A DNA stretch of 64,000 nt from an uncultured Gemmatimonadales bacterium (lineage in GTDB: Bacteria; Gemmatimonadota; Gemmatimonadetes; Gemmatimonadales; GWC2-71-9). The stretch lies in the NCBI GenBank assembly GCA_963810185.1, contig CAWEMJ010000007.1:220447-284446 (forward strand), written 5' to 3'. The translations under genes and the position numbers were made by a program. Positions 38,069 through 45,444 of this stretch are shown here, piece by piece. The notes beneath the pieces are model-generated. The model did not search any database, was not told the origin of the DNA, and saw only the letters and a program-made list of their open reading frames with translations. How positions within the stretch are numbered: the first letter of the stretch is position 1; the number at the start of each line of letters is the position of its first letter.

Positions 38069-39919
38069 CTAGGCGCGCTGGCGGAGCACGGCGAAGGCGA
38101 GATTCTGGAGATCGGCCGGGGAGACGCCGGGCACGCGGCCCGCCTGACCAATCGATGTCGGCTGAACGGCGGTGAGTTTCTCCCGGGCTTCCCAGGAGAT
38201 CGTCTGGATCAGGTGATATGCGAGTCCCGCCGGCAAACTCACCTCATCGAGTTCGGCAAGCCGCGCCGCGGCCGTCCGTTCCTTGGCGAGATATCCCTCG
38301 TACTTGATCTCGATGTCGGCCCACTCCGCGTCCTGCGCCTCGACGCTGCTTCCGGCAGCGGACAGGAGTGCCGCGAGAGCGACGCCCGGCCTCCGGCAGA
38401 GTTCCCGAATGCGCGTCGGCTCATCGATGGGTGACTCGCCGGCCTGCTCCAGGATCGGATTGGCTATCTCAGGGGAAATCGCGGTCGCGACCGCCTCCAT
38501 TGAGGCTCCTTCTTCCGCCTCGAGTCGCGTCTCGGCGGATCGTATCTCCGCTTGGTTGAGTAACCCAAGCCGTCGAGCCAGCGGATACAGCCTGCGGAGC
38601 GCATTGTCTTGCCTCAAGAGGATCCTGAATTCCGCCCTGCTGGTGAAGAGTCGGTACGGCTCATCCACCCCGCGGTGAACCAGGTCATCCACCAGCACGC
38701 CGACCATCGCCTCGTTTCGGGAAAGGACCACCGGTTCCTCCCCGCGCACGCTCAGCGCCGCGTTCAGCCCGGCGAGCGCGCCCTGTCCCGCCGCCTCCTC
38801 GTAGCCCGTGGTACCGTTGACCTGTCCGGCAAAGTACAGCCCGGGAAGCGCGCGGGACTCCAGGGTCTGGTGCAGCTGTGTCGGGGGGAAATAGTCGTAC
38901 TCGATGGCGTAGCCCGGTCGAGTCATCTCGACTGATTCGAGACCGGGGACGGCGCGGAGGAAGGCCAGCTGAACGGCCGCCGGCAGCGAGGTCGACAGCC
39001 CATTGACGTAGAGCTCTTCGGTGTCCAACCCCTCAGGCTCGAGGAAGACCTGATGGCGGAGCGCGTCCGGAAACCGAACCACCTTGTCTTCCACCGAAGG
39101 GCAGTAGCGCGGCCCCCGACCACTGATGGCCCCGCCGTAGAGCGCCGACTCGAGGAGGTGGCGCTGGATGATGTCCTTCACCTCGGGTCCGGTCCAGGTC
39201 AGGTAGCAGGGCAGTTGCCTCGGATGATCGACGCGCTCGAAATGGCTGAACCAATAGGAACCGGCATCGCCGTCCTGCCGAGTCAATCGCGTCAGATCAA
39301 CCGTCCGTCCATCGATCCTCGGTGGGGTTCCAGTCTTGAAGCGTTCTCTCGTAATACCATGTGCCGTAATAGCTTCCGATATTTCTACCGATGGGGCTTC
39401 ACCGGCGCGCCCGCCTGGAATCAGTGAGTCGAGCCCCACGTGGATTGCCCCGCGAAGAAAGGTGCCGGTGGTGAGCACCACCGCACCGGCTTCGATGGTG
39501 TGGCCTTTCTTGGTGACGACCCCGGCGACTCGCCCGCCGCGAATCACGAACGAGGTCGCAGTGCCCTGCGCGAAGCTGAGATTCGGGCGCGCCTCGAGCA
39601 GTTGCCGAACCGCGCCGCGATACAGCGCCCGGTCGCACTGCGCCCTGGGCGACCACACCGCGGGTCCCTTCGACCGATTGAGCATCCGAAACTGGATTCG
39701 TGCCAGGTCGGTCGCACGCCCCATCACGCCGCCCAGCGCATCCACCTCGCGCACGACCGTGCCCTTGGCAATTCCACCGATGGCGGGATTGCACGACATC
39801 TGCCCGATGGTCTCGAGGTTCTGGGTCAGCAGGAGCGTGCGCGCGCCGGCCCGCGAAGACAGCGCGGCCGCTTCGGCGCCGGCGTGTCCGCCGCCGATGA
39901 TGATCACGTCGAAGTGCAT
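38069..39919 (-). CDS. mnmG: tRNA uridine-5-carboxymethylaminomethyl modification enzyme MnmG (GidA)
   Basis: 616 aa. MHFDVIIIGGGHAGAEAA...SCNPAIGGIAKG...GPRYCPSIEDK-like (GPRYCPSVEDKV)...FAGQVNGTTGYEEAAGQG. Confidence 0.95.
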   Translation of the reverse strand: MHFDVIIIGGGHAGAEAAALSSRAGARTLLLTQNLETIGQMSCNPAIGGIAKGTVVREVDALGGVMGRATDLARIQFRMLNRSKGPAVWSPRAQCDRALYRGAVRQLLEARPNLSFAQGTATSFVIRGGRVAGVVTKKGHTIEAGAVVLTTGTFLRGAIHVGLDSLIPGGRAGEAPSVEISEAITAHGITRERFKTGTPPRIDGRTVDLTRLTRQDGDAGSYWFSHFERVDHPRQLPCYLTWTGPEVKDIIQRHLLESALYGGAISGRGPRYCPSVEDKVVRFPDALRHQVFLEPEGLDTEELYVNGLSTSLPAAVQLAFLRAVPGLESVEMTRPGYAIEYDYFPPTQLHQTLESRALPGLYFAGQVNGTTGYEEAAGQGALAGLNAALSVRGEEPVVLSRNEAMVGVLVDDLVHRGVDEPYRLFTSRAEFRILLRQDNALRRLYPLARRLGLLNQAEIRSAETRLEAEEGASMEAVATAISPEIANPILEQAGESPIDEPTRIRELCRRPGVALAALLSAAGSSVEAQDAEWADIEIKYEGYLAKERTAAARLAELDEVSLPAGLAYHLIQTISWEAREKLTAVQPTSIGQAGRVPGVSPADLQNLAFAVLRQRA

Positions 39920-39961
39920 CTGGACAAGATAAGGGGGGGGTAAGGTCTGAGAGCTGGGAAA

Positions 39962-40333
39962 GGCCGGCTCGGGTTGAAGTACGTGGGAGAAGCAATCGCG
40001 AGATGTGGTCGTCGGAGTCGCGATGTAGGCTGAAGGTCAGCGAAGGAAATGGTCCGGAGGGCCGTCAGTTCGCGTCCCCCGGAGCGACCGCGGCGTGGAG
40101 GGGGCGCGAACTGGGTTGGCCCGGAGGGCCAGCCCGAGCCGACCGACCAGGGCACCGATGCGCGCGCCCCTCGACCAGCCTGCGCCTCCGGCACTGGAGT
40201 TCACACCGGTCGGACAAATCCAGCAGAGATGCTACCTGTGAACTCACGTGCCTCCGGAGCAGTCCGGTCTTCGGGGCGCTGCCCGAGGGAAGCCGGCGGA
40301 GAGATTGGCCCGGAGGAACATCCCGAGCCGGCC
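39962..40333. ncRNA. Candidate large structured RNA or regulatory leader (class unknown, strand ambiguous)
   Basis: 430 nt with no credible ORF. A 12-nt perfect long-range complement (39962-39973 GGCCGGCTCGGG / 40322-40333 CCCGAGCCGGCC) closes a domain of about 372 nt that contains at least three strong hairpins and a 30-nt direct repeat (26/30 identical). Details are in the finding. Confidence 0.3.
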
Positions 40334-40349
40334 GGTGATACGTTCGACT

Positions 40350-41663
40350 CTACCCCGTTCGAATCCAGCGGAAGATTTCCACGACCGATGCCCGCTTGCC
40401 GTACATCAGGATCCCCACCCGGTAGATGCGTCCGGCCACCCACGACACCGCCAGCACGCCGAGGGCGGTGAGCCCAGCCGAGGCGAGCACTTCCGTGAGC
40501 GGCAGCGGACTCAACGAGTATCGGACGGGAGTCACAAACGGGGCGAAGAGCGGAATCATGCTCATCGTCCGGGCGAGCGTCCCATTCGGCTCGTCGAGCA
40601 GCGAAAACATCAGGAGGAGCCCCACGACGATGCACAGCGTGACCGGGAGCGCCGCCTGCTGGGCCTCCTGTTGTGTACTGCAGGTGGCCGCCACCGCGGC
40701 GTAGGCCCCGGCATAGAGGAAGAAGCCGAGCACGAAAAAGGTCAGGTAAACGACCAGCAGGCTGCCGCTGATGGCAGGGATGGGCATGCTCATCGCATCA
40801 GAAGGCGCCGCCCCCAGCAACCCCGCGATGGCCACCCGCTGCGACGTCAGCACCTTGGCGGTTCCACTCCAGATGCCCAGCTGCAGCAGCGCCACTGACC
40901 CGACACCCAACACCTTGCCAAGCATCAATTCGAAGGGACTGAGACTCGAGACGAGCACTTCCATGATCCGGTTGCTCTTCTCCTCGAGGACGGAACTCAT
41001 GACCTGCGTTCCGTAGAGCAGCAGCGCAAGGTAGAGCATGAACGACATCACGTATGCCAGAATGAACGAGGACTCCCCGCTCTCGCCGCTCACCTGGCCG
41101 TTGCTGACCCGCGCGGTCTCCAGGGACACCGGCGCAGTGGCCACGACCAGGATGGCGGGGTCCACCCCTGCTCGGCCCAATCGTTCGCCGATGACGGCCT
41201 GGCGCAGGATGCGCTGGAGATCCCCCATCTCCGACAGGCTGCCGACGTTGCTCCCGTAGTAATGCATCCGCCCGGTCTCGATCACGCTGTCGGTAACGAG
41301 CAGCACCCCGACAAGTGCCTCGGTCCCGGCGTCCTTGACGCCGGTGACCCGGATCAGGGAATCGAGCGGCGCCAGGTTCCCGACTCCCGCCGCGAGCCGT
41401 GTCACCTGGAAGCGCGGCGCCGCATCTGGTCCCAGCCCCCGTCGCGCCGCCGCCAATGCCTCCGTCACCCGCACCCCGAACTCCCCACTCGCCGCGTCGA
41501 CCACGACGACCCGTTTCGGGGCCCGATCCCTCGATTCCATCAGCATGGGAAAGACGAACAGGAACCCCATCAGGACGGGGCCCAGCACCGTGCTGATCAC
41601 GAAGGCCCTGGTGTGCACCCGGACCATGAATTCCCGGCGGATGACCGCGATGAGCTTACGCAT
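40350..41663 (-). CDS. ABC-2-type transporter permease (NatB-like)
   Basis: ORF 40350..41750; the likely start is ATG 41663 (MRKLIAVIRREFMVRVHTRAFVISTVLGPVLM), overlapping the ATPase stop by 8 nt. A large extracytoplasmic loop is followed by five C-terminal TM helices. Confidence 0.8.
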   Translation of the reverse strand: MRKLIAVIRREFMVRVHTRAFVISTVLGPVLMGFLFVFPMLMESRDRAPKRVVVVDAASGEFGVRVTEALAAARRGLGPDAAPRFQVTRLAAGVGNLAPLDSLIRVTGVKDAGTEALVGVLLVTDSVIETGRMHYYGSNVGSLSEMGDLQRILRQAVIGERLGRAGVDPAILVVATAPVSLETARVSNGQVSGESGESSFILAYVMSFMLYLALLLYGTQVMSSVLEEKSNRIMEVLVSSLSPFELMLGKVLGVGSVALLQLGIWSGTAKVLTSQRVAIAGLLGAAPSDAMSMPIPAISGSLLVVYLTFFVLGFFLYAGAYAAVAATCSTQQEAQQAALPVTLCIVVGLLLMFSLLDEPNGTLARTMSMIPLFAPFVTPVRYSLSPLPLTEVLASAGLTALGVLAVSWVAGRIYRVGILMYGKRASVVEIFRWIRTG

Positions 41664-42612
41664 GAGCCGACTCCCGGGCCGGGGCGATGGCCGCCTGTTG
41701 GCCGACCTTGGCGATGAAGATGGACTGCAGCGACGGCTCCGCCACTTCAAAGCGACTCAGCCCGACACCGGCATCCATCAATGCGCGAAGCAGCCGATCG
41801 GAACTGGCGCCGATGGCCAGTTCCGCCTCGGCGGTGGCGCCCGAGTCGTCGGCTCGCGCCACGAGGCTCCGGTCGGCCAGGACCGGCACCGCCTTGGCGC
41901 TGTCATGTGTGAATGAGAGAAACACATGCCGGGTGCCGCCCTCGGCCTTGATGTCCGCAATCCGGCCGTCGACCAGTTTCTCCCCTCTCGCGATGATCGC
42001 GATCCGGTCGCACATCTGCTCGGCCTGTTCCATGATGTGAGTCGAGAAGAGCACCGTCCGTCCGGACCGGGCAATCTCCACCACCACGTCCTTCATCACC
42101 TGCAGGTTGACCGGATCCAGCCCGCTGAATGGTTCATCGAGGATGACCAGGTCGGGGTCGTGCAACAGCGTGCCGATAAACTGCACCTTCTGCTGCATTC
42201 CCTTCGACAGCTCCTGCACCTTGCGCTTCCCCCAGTCGGCGAGGCCCAGACGGTCAAGCCACCGGAGGGCCCTGGCCCGGGCGTCCTTGCGGCGCAGTCC
42301 CTTGGCCTCACCGAGAAAGATCAGGTGCTCCAGGACCTCCATGCGGGGGTAGAGCCCCCGCTCCTCCGGCAGAAAGCCGATCCGCGCCGAGAGCTCGCGA
42401 CCGGTCCCTGGTCCGCCGAAAAGGGTCACCGTCCCCTCATCGGGTTCGAGGATGTGCATGATCATGCGGATGGTGGTGGACTTGCCGGCACCGTTCGGGC
42501 CGAGGAGGCCGAAGACCCCGCCGGCGGGAACCTGAAGCGACAGGGAGTTCACGGCGGTATGTCCGGCGAATCGCTTGGTGACACGATCCACGGCAACGAC
42601 GATGTCAGGCAT
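41656..42612 (-). CDS. ABC transporter ATP-binding protein (ABC-2/NatA-like)
   Basis: 318 aa with Walker A GPNGAGKST, signature LSKGMQQK and Walker B LVILDEPFSGLD. Confidence 0.9.
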   Translation of the reverse strand: MPDIVVAVDRVTKRFAGHTAVNSLSLQVPAGGVFGLLGPNGAGKSTTIRMIMHILEPDEGTVTLFGGPGTGRELSARIGFLPEERGLYPRMEVLEHLIFLGEAKGLRRKDARARALRWLDRLGLADWGKRKVQELSKGMQQKVQFIGTLLHDPDLVILDEPFSGLDPVNLQVMKDVVVEIARSGRTVLFSTHIMEQAEQMCDRIAIIARGEKLVDGRIADIKAEGGTRHVFLSFTHDSAKAVPVLADRSLVARADDSGATAEAELAIGASSDRLLRALMDAGVGLSRFEVAEPSLQSIFIAKVGQQAAIAPARESAHA

Positions 42613-42751
42613 CGGCGGAGGTCCAGGGCAGGGGAGGTTGGAGCGAGTCGAACGCGCGATGTAAGAGAGGAGGTCGGGGGCCGGATGGCAAGTGAGCCGG
42701 GCCGGTCTGGCCCCTCTGGCAGGATGGAAAGCGGCTTTGTATGTTCGCCGT

Positions 42752-42967
42752 ATGCCCTACACTATCCAAATCGACCGGACCCTCTGCCGGGGATATGGGG
42801 ACTGCGTCGGACTGGCGCCGGAGGTGTTTGCGCACGACGAGGAGACCATCTCGATCGTCGTGGACCCGGAGGGCGCCGAGGACGAACTGATTCTGGACGC
42901 CGCCCGCGCCTGCCCGGTTGACGCCATCACCCTGGTGGACGAGCATGGGGACCAGGTCTGGCCTTAG
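42752..42967 (+). CDS. Small ferredoxin (single-cluster type)
   Basis: ORF 42692..42967; the likely start is ATG 42752 (MPYTIQIDRTLCRGYGDCVGLAPEVF...AARACPVDAITL). CxxxGxC...CP pattern as in 3Fe-4S/4Fe-4S mini-ferredoxins. Confidence 0.8.
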   Translation: MPYTIQIDRTLCRGYGDCVGLAPEVFAHDEETISIVVDPEGAEDELILDAARACPVDAITLVDEHGDQVWP

Positions 42968-43245
42968 CCAACCACCTCAGCCAGCTGTCGAATCCCCCGA
43001 ACTTCGGCCTCCGGGATCAGTTTGTTTTTCGTCGTGGCCCGCACGCCGAACTTCAGGGTCCTTTTCAGGTAGTCCTCGCGAGTCCCCTCCGTTACCCCGT
43101 CCTCGTAGCAGCCCGCATCGTGCAATAGCACCCCCTTGGGGGTGACTGAATCGAACCGGCCCACCCAGAGTTCCGTGGCGGTGTCCAGCACGACCGTGAC
43201 GCCGTGCAGGTCATGGTGCCCCGGATGGAAGACGTGGCCGCTCAC
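42964..43245 (-). CDS. Hypothetical 93-aa protein, GTGA-coupled to the bacilliredoxin gene
   Basis: Only the C-terminal third of ORF 42964..43536 looks coding. The in-frame GTG at 43245 overlaps the upstream TGA (GTGA). VSGHVFHPGHHDLHGVTVVLDTATELWVGRFDSVTPKGVLLHDAGCYEDGVTEGTREDYLKRTLKFGV... No family recognised. Confidence 0.5.
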   Translation of the reverse strand: MSGHVFHPGHHDLHGVTVVLDTATELWVGRFDSVTPKGVLLHDAGCYEDGVTEGTREDYLKRTLKFGVRATTKNKLIPEAEVRGIRQLAEVVG

Positions 43246-43676
43246 GCGCCGACGGAATGGCTGCAGTGGGTGTCGAACGCCTTGATCAGGTCGGCCGCGA
43301 TCAACTGCGGGCTCCGCCCCTCGATCTGGTGGCGGTGGACGAAGTGCACCACCTCGCCGTCGCGGAGGAGGGCCATCGACGGGGAACTCGGCTGGTACTC
43401 CCCGAAGTAACTCCGGGCCCGCGCCACGGCGTCGAGGTCCTGGCCGGCGAAGACGGTGACGGTCCGATCCGGCAACACCCCGTGTGCGAGCGCCAGCTTG
43501 ACAGCGGGTCGGGCGTTGCCGGCGGCGCAGCCGCACACCGAGTTCACGAAGACCAGGGTGGTGCCGGCGGCGCTGCCGATGGCGGCGTCGACATCGGCCA
43601 CCGTGCGGAGCTCCGCGGCCCCCATCTGGGTCATCTCCGCCCGCATCGGGGCTACCAGTGATTCAGGATACGGCAT
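43242..43676 (-). CDS. brx: Bacilliredoxin (BrxA/BrxB, YphP/YqiW, DUF1094 family)
   Basis: The likely start is ATG 43676 (MPYPESLVAPMR...). GTTLVFVNSVCGCAAGNARPA...TVFAGQD...PSSPSMALLRDGEVVHFVHRHQIEG aligns closely with my recollection of B. subtilis YphP, including the CGC active site. Confidence 0.85.
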   Translation of the reverse strand: MPYPESLVAPMRAEMTQMGAAELRTVADVDAAIGSAAGTTLVFVNSVCGCAAGNARPAVKLALAHGVLPDRTVTVFAGQDLDAVARARSYFGEYQPSSPSMALLRDGEVVHFVHRHQIEGRSPQLIAADLIKAFDTHCSHSVGA

Positions 43677-43727
43677 TGTCGTTTCGTCTCCGGGGTTCAA
43701 TTGAGCGGGCCCGCACGGGCCCGGGAT

Positions 43728-44183
43728 TCATTCGGTCGTGATCGGTTCGCCGGCGCCGGCCAGCGCCGCCTTCAGGGTATGCCAGGCGAGACTGGCGCAC
43801 TTCACGCGCACCGGATATTCGGACACCCCGGCAAGCGCCTGGAGCTTGCCGAGCGCCTTTCGTTCCGCGGCGCCCTCAAGCCGGCCAGTAACCAGCTTCT
43901 GGAATTCGTCCGCCAGCGCCATCGCGTCCGCACGCGACTTCCCCTTGACCGCGGCCGTCATCAGCGAGGCGCTGGCCTTGGAAATCGCGCAGCCGTTGCC
44001 GAGAAAGGCCACGTCCCTTACGGTGTCTCCCTCCACATCCACCCACACCGTGAGCCGGTCGCCGCAAAGAGGATTGTGTCCGTCTGCGTGACTGGCCGGC
44101 GGCGGCAGTTCGTGGAAATTTCTCGGCGTCTTGTTGTGGTCGAGGATGACGCTCTGATAGAGCTCGTCCAGATCGCGGCTCAC
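43728..44183 (-). CDS. sufU: SufU Fe-S cluster sulfur-transfer/scaffold-like protein
   Basis: 151 aa. LYQSVILDHNKTPRNF...NPLCGD...GNGCAISKASASLM...VKCASLAW are the IscU/SufU cysteine motifs. Confidence 0.9.
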   Translation of the reverse strand: MSRDLDELYQSVILDHNKTPRNFHELPPPASHADGHNPLCGDRLTVWVDVEGDTVRDVAFLGNGCAISKASASLMTAAVKGKSRADAMALADEFQKLVTGRLEGAAERKALGKLQALAGVSEYPVRVKCASLAWHTLKAALAGAGEPITTE

Positions 44184-45442
44184 GCAAAGACCTCCCGGGC
44201 CCGGTGCAGTCCCCGAACCAGCACGTCGATTTCTTCGAGGGTGTTGTAGAAGGCGAACGACGCCCGCGCGGTGGCATGAACGCCGAAGCGTTCCATGACT
44301 GGCTGGGCACAGTGATGCCCGGCGCGGATAGCGACGCCATCGGCGTCCAGAATGGTCCCGAGATCGTGCGGATGTACGCCCTCGAGGGTGAAGGAGAGCA
44401 CGCCCGCCTTTTCGCGCGCCGTACCGATCAGCCGGACCCCCGGCACCGCACGCACCAGCTCCGTGGCGCGGCTCAGCAGTTCGTGCTCCCAGGCGCCGAT
44501 GGCCTCGAACCCAATGCCCCGGATGTACCGGAGCGCGGCGCCCAGGCCGATGACCTCGGCGATAGCCGGCGTCCCCGCCTCGAACTTGGCCGGCAGGGCG
44601 GCATAGGTGGACCCGGAAAAACTGACGGTGTGGATCATGTCACCGCCGCCCTGCCAGGGCGGCATGGCGTCGAGCAGGGCGGTCCGACCCCACAGGACTC
44701 CAACCCCTGTCGGTCCGAACACCTTGTGACCCGACCAGGCATAGAAGTCACAGCCGAGCGCCTGAACGTCCACTCGCATGTGGGGAGCGGCCTGGGCGCC
44801 GTCCACCAGCACCACCGCGCCCACCTCATGGGCCAGGCGGGTCATCTCCGCCACCGGGTTGATGGTGCCGAGGGCGTTGGAGATGTGCACAACGCCGACG
44901 ATGCGGGTCCGCGGGCTCAGCATGTTGCGGTAGGCGTCGAGGTCCACTTCCCCCGCATCGGTGATCGGGATGGCCCGGACCACGGCACCGGTCTGCCCGG
45001 CCACCAGCTGCCAGGGGACGATGTTGCTGTGGTGCTCCATCGTGGTGAGCAGGATTTCATCACCGGGGCGGAGCGTCGTCCGTCCGTAGCTTTGCGCAAC
45101 GAGGTTGATCGCTTCCGTGGTGCCACGGACGAAGATGACCTCGTGCGAGGCCGGTGCGTTGAGGAAATCGCGCGCCTCGTCCCGCACCGCGTCGAACGCC
45201 AGCGTGGCCCGTTCGCTCAGGAAGTGCACCCCGCGGTGGATGTTGGCGTTCTCCTCCGCGAGGAACCTCCGCACCGCGTCGATGACCACCAGCGGCTTCT
45301 GCGACGTGGCGGCGTTGTCGAAATACACCAGCGGCTTCCCGTCCACCCGGGTTCCCAGGATGGGGAAGTCGCGGCGGATGGCGGCGACGTCAAGCGTCGC
45401 GGCGGGGCTGCGGGGCAGGGGGGCCGTACCGGCGGTCGCCAT
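44180..45442 (-). CDS. sufS: Cysteine desulfurase SufS
   Basis: ORF 44180..46537. The real start is ATG 45442 (MATAGTAPLP...IRRDFPIL...VYFDNAATSQKP). HHSN, SGHKVFGPTG and RAGHHCAQP motifs are present. The 5' extension is an out-of-frame overlap with sufD. Confidence 0.95.
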   Translation of the reverse strand: MATAGTAPLPRSPAATLDVAAIRRDFPILGTRVDGKPLVYFDNAATSQKPLVVIDAVRRFLAEENANIHRGVHFLSERATLAFDAVRDEARDFLNAPASHEVIFVRGTTEAINLVAQSYGRTTLRPGDEILLTTMEHHSNIVPWQLVAGQTGAVVRAIPITDAGEVDLDAYRNMLSPRTRIVGVVHISNALGTINPVAEMTRLAHEVGAVVLVDGAQAAPHMRVDVQALGCDFYAWSGHKVFGPTGVGVLWGRTALLDAMPPWQGGGDMIHTVSFSGSTYAALPAKFEAGTPAIAEVIGLGAALRYIRGIGFEAIGAWEHELLSRATELVRAVPGVRLIGTAREKAGVLSFTLEGVHPHDLGTILDADGVAIRAGHHCAQPVMERFGVHATARASFAFYNTLEEIDVLVRGLHRAREVFA

Positions 45443-45444
45443 GT

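Noticed and set aside
40041-40064. RNase P (GAGGAAAGTCCGG) or SRP helix-8 (GGTCCGGAAGGAAGCAG) resemblance in GCGAAGGAAATGGTCCGGAGGGCC
   Set aside because: The near-invariant strings are not present. There are two extra nucleotides in the RNase P CR-I equivalent, no ACAGAACCCGGCTTA partner, and the loop GGAG is not a GNRA tetraloop as in SRP. The resemblance is superficial.
40262-40299. Cobalamin-riboswitch-like fragments (plus strand GAGGGAAGCCGGCGG; minus strand CCCCGAAGACCGGAC) and a glycine-riboswitch-like GGAGAG…CACCGA
   Set aside because: The cobalamin-like pieces lie on opposite strands, no B12 box (GCCACTG) is in the right context, and no conserved CCCGCCACTGT is present. The neighbouring genes (mnmG, ABC-2 exporter) do not fit either ligand.
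40353-40372. tmRNA-like 5' motif (minus strand GCTGGATTCGAACGGGGTAG resembles GGATTCGACGGGG of ssrA)
   Set aside because: It is the last codons of the ABC-2 permease (…VVEIFRWIRTG-stop), read in frame. No T-arm/CCA end, tag reading frame ending in Ala-Ala, or acceptor-stem complement could be found on either strand of 39920-40349.
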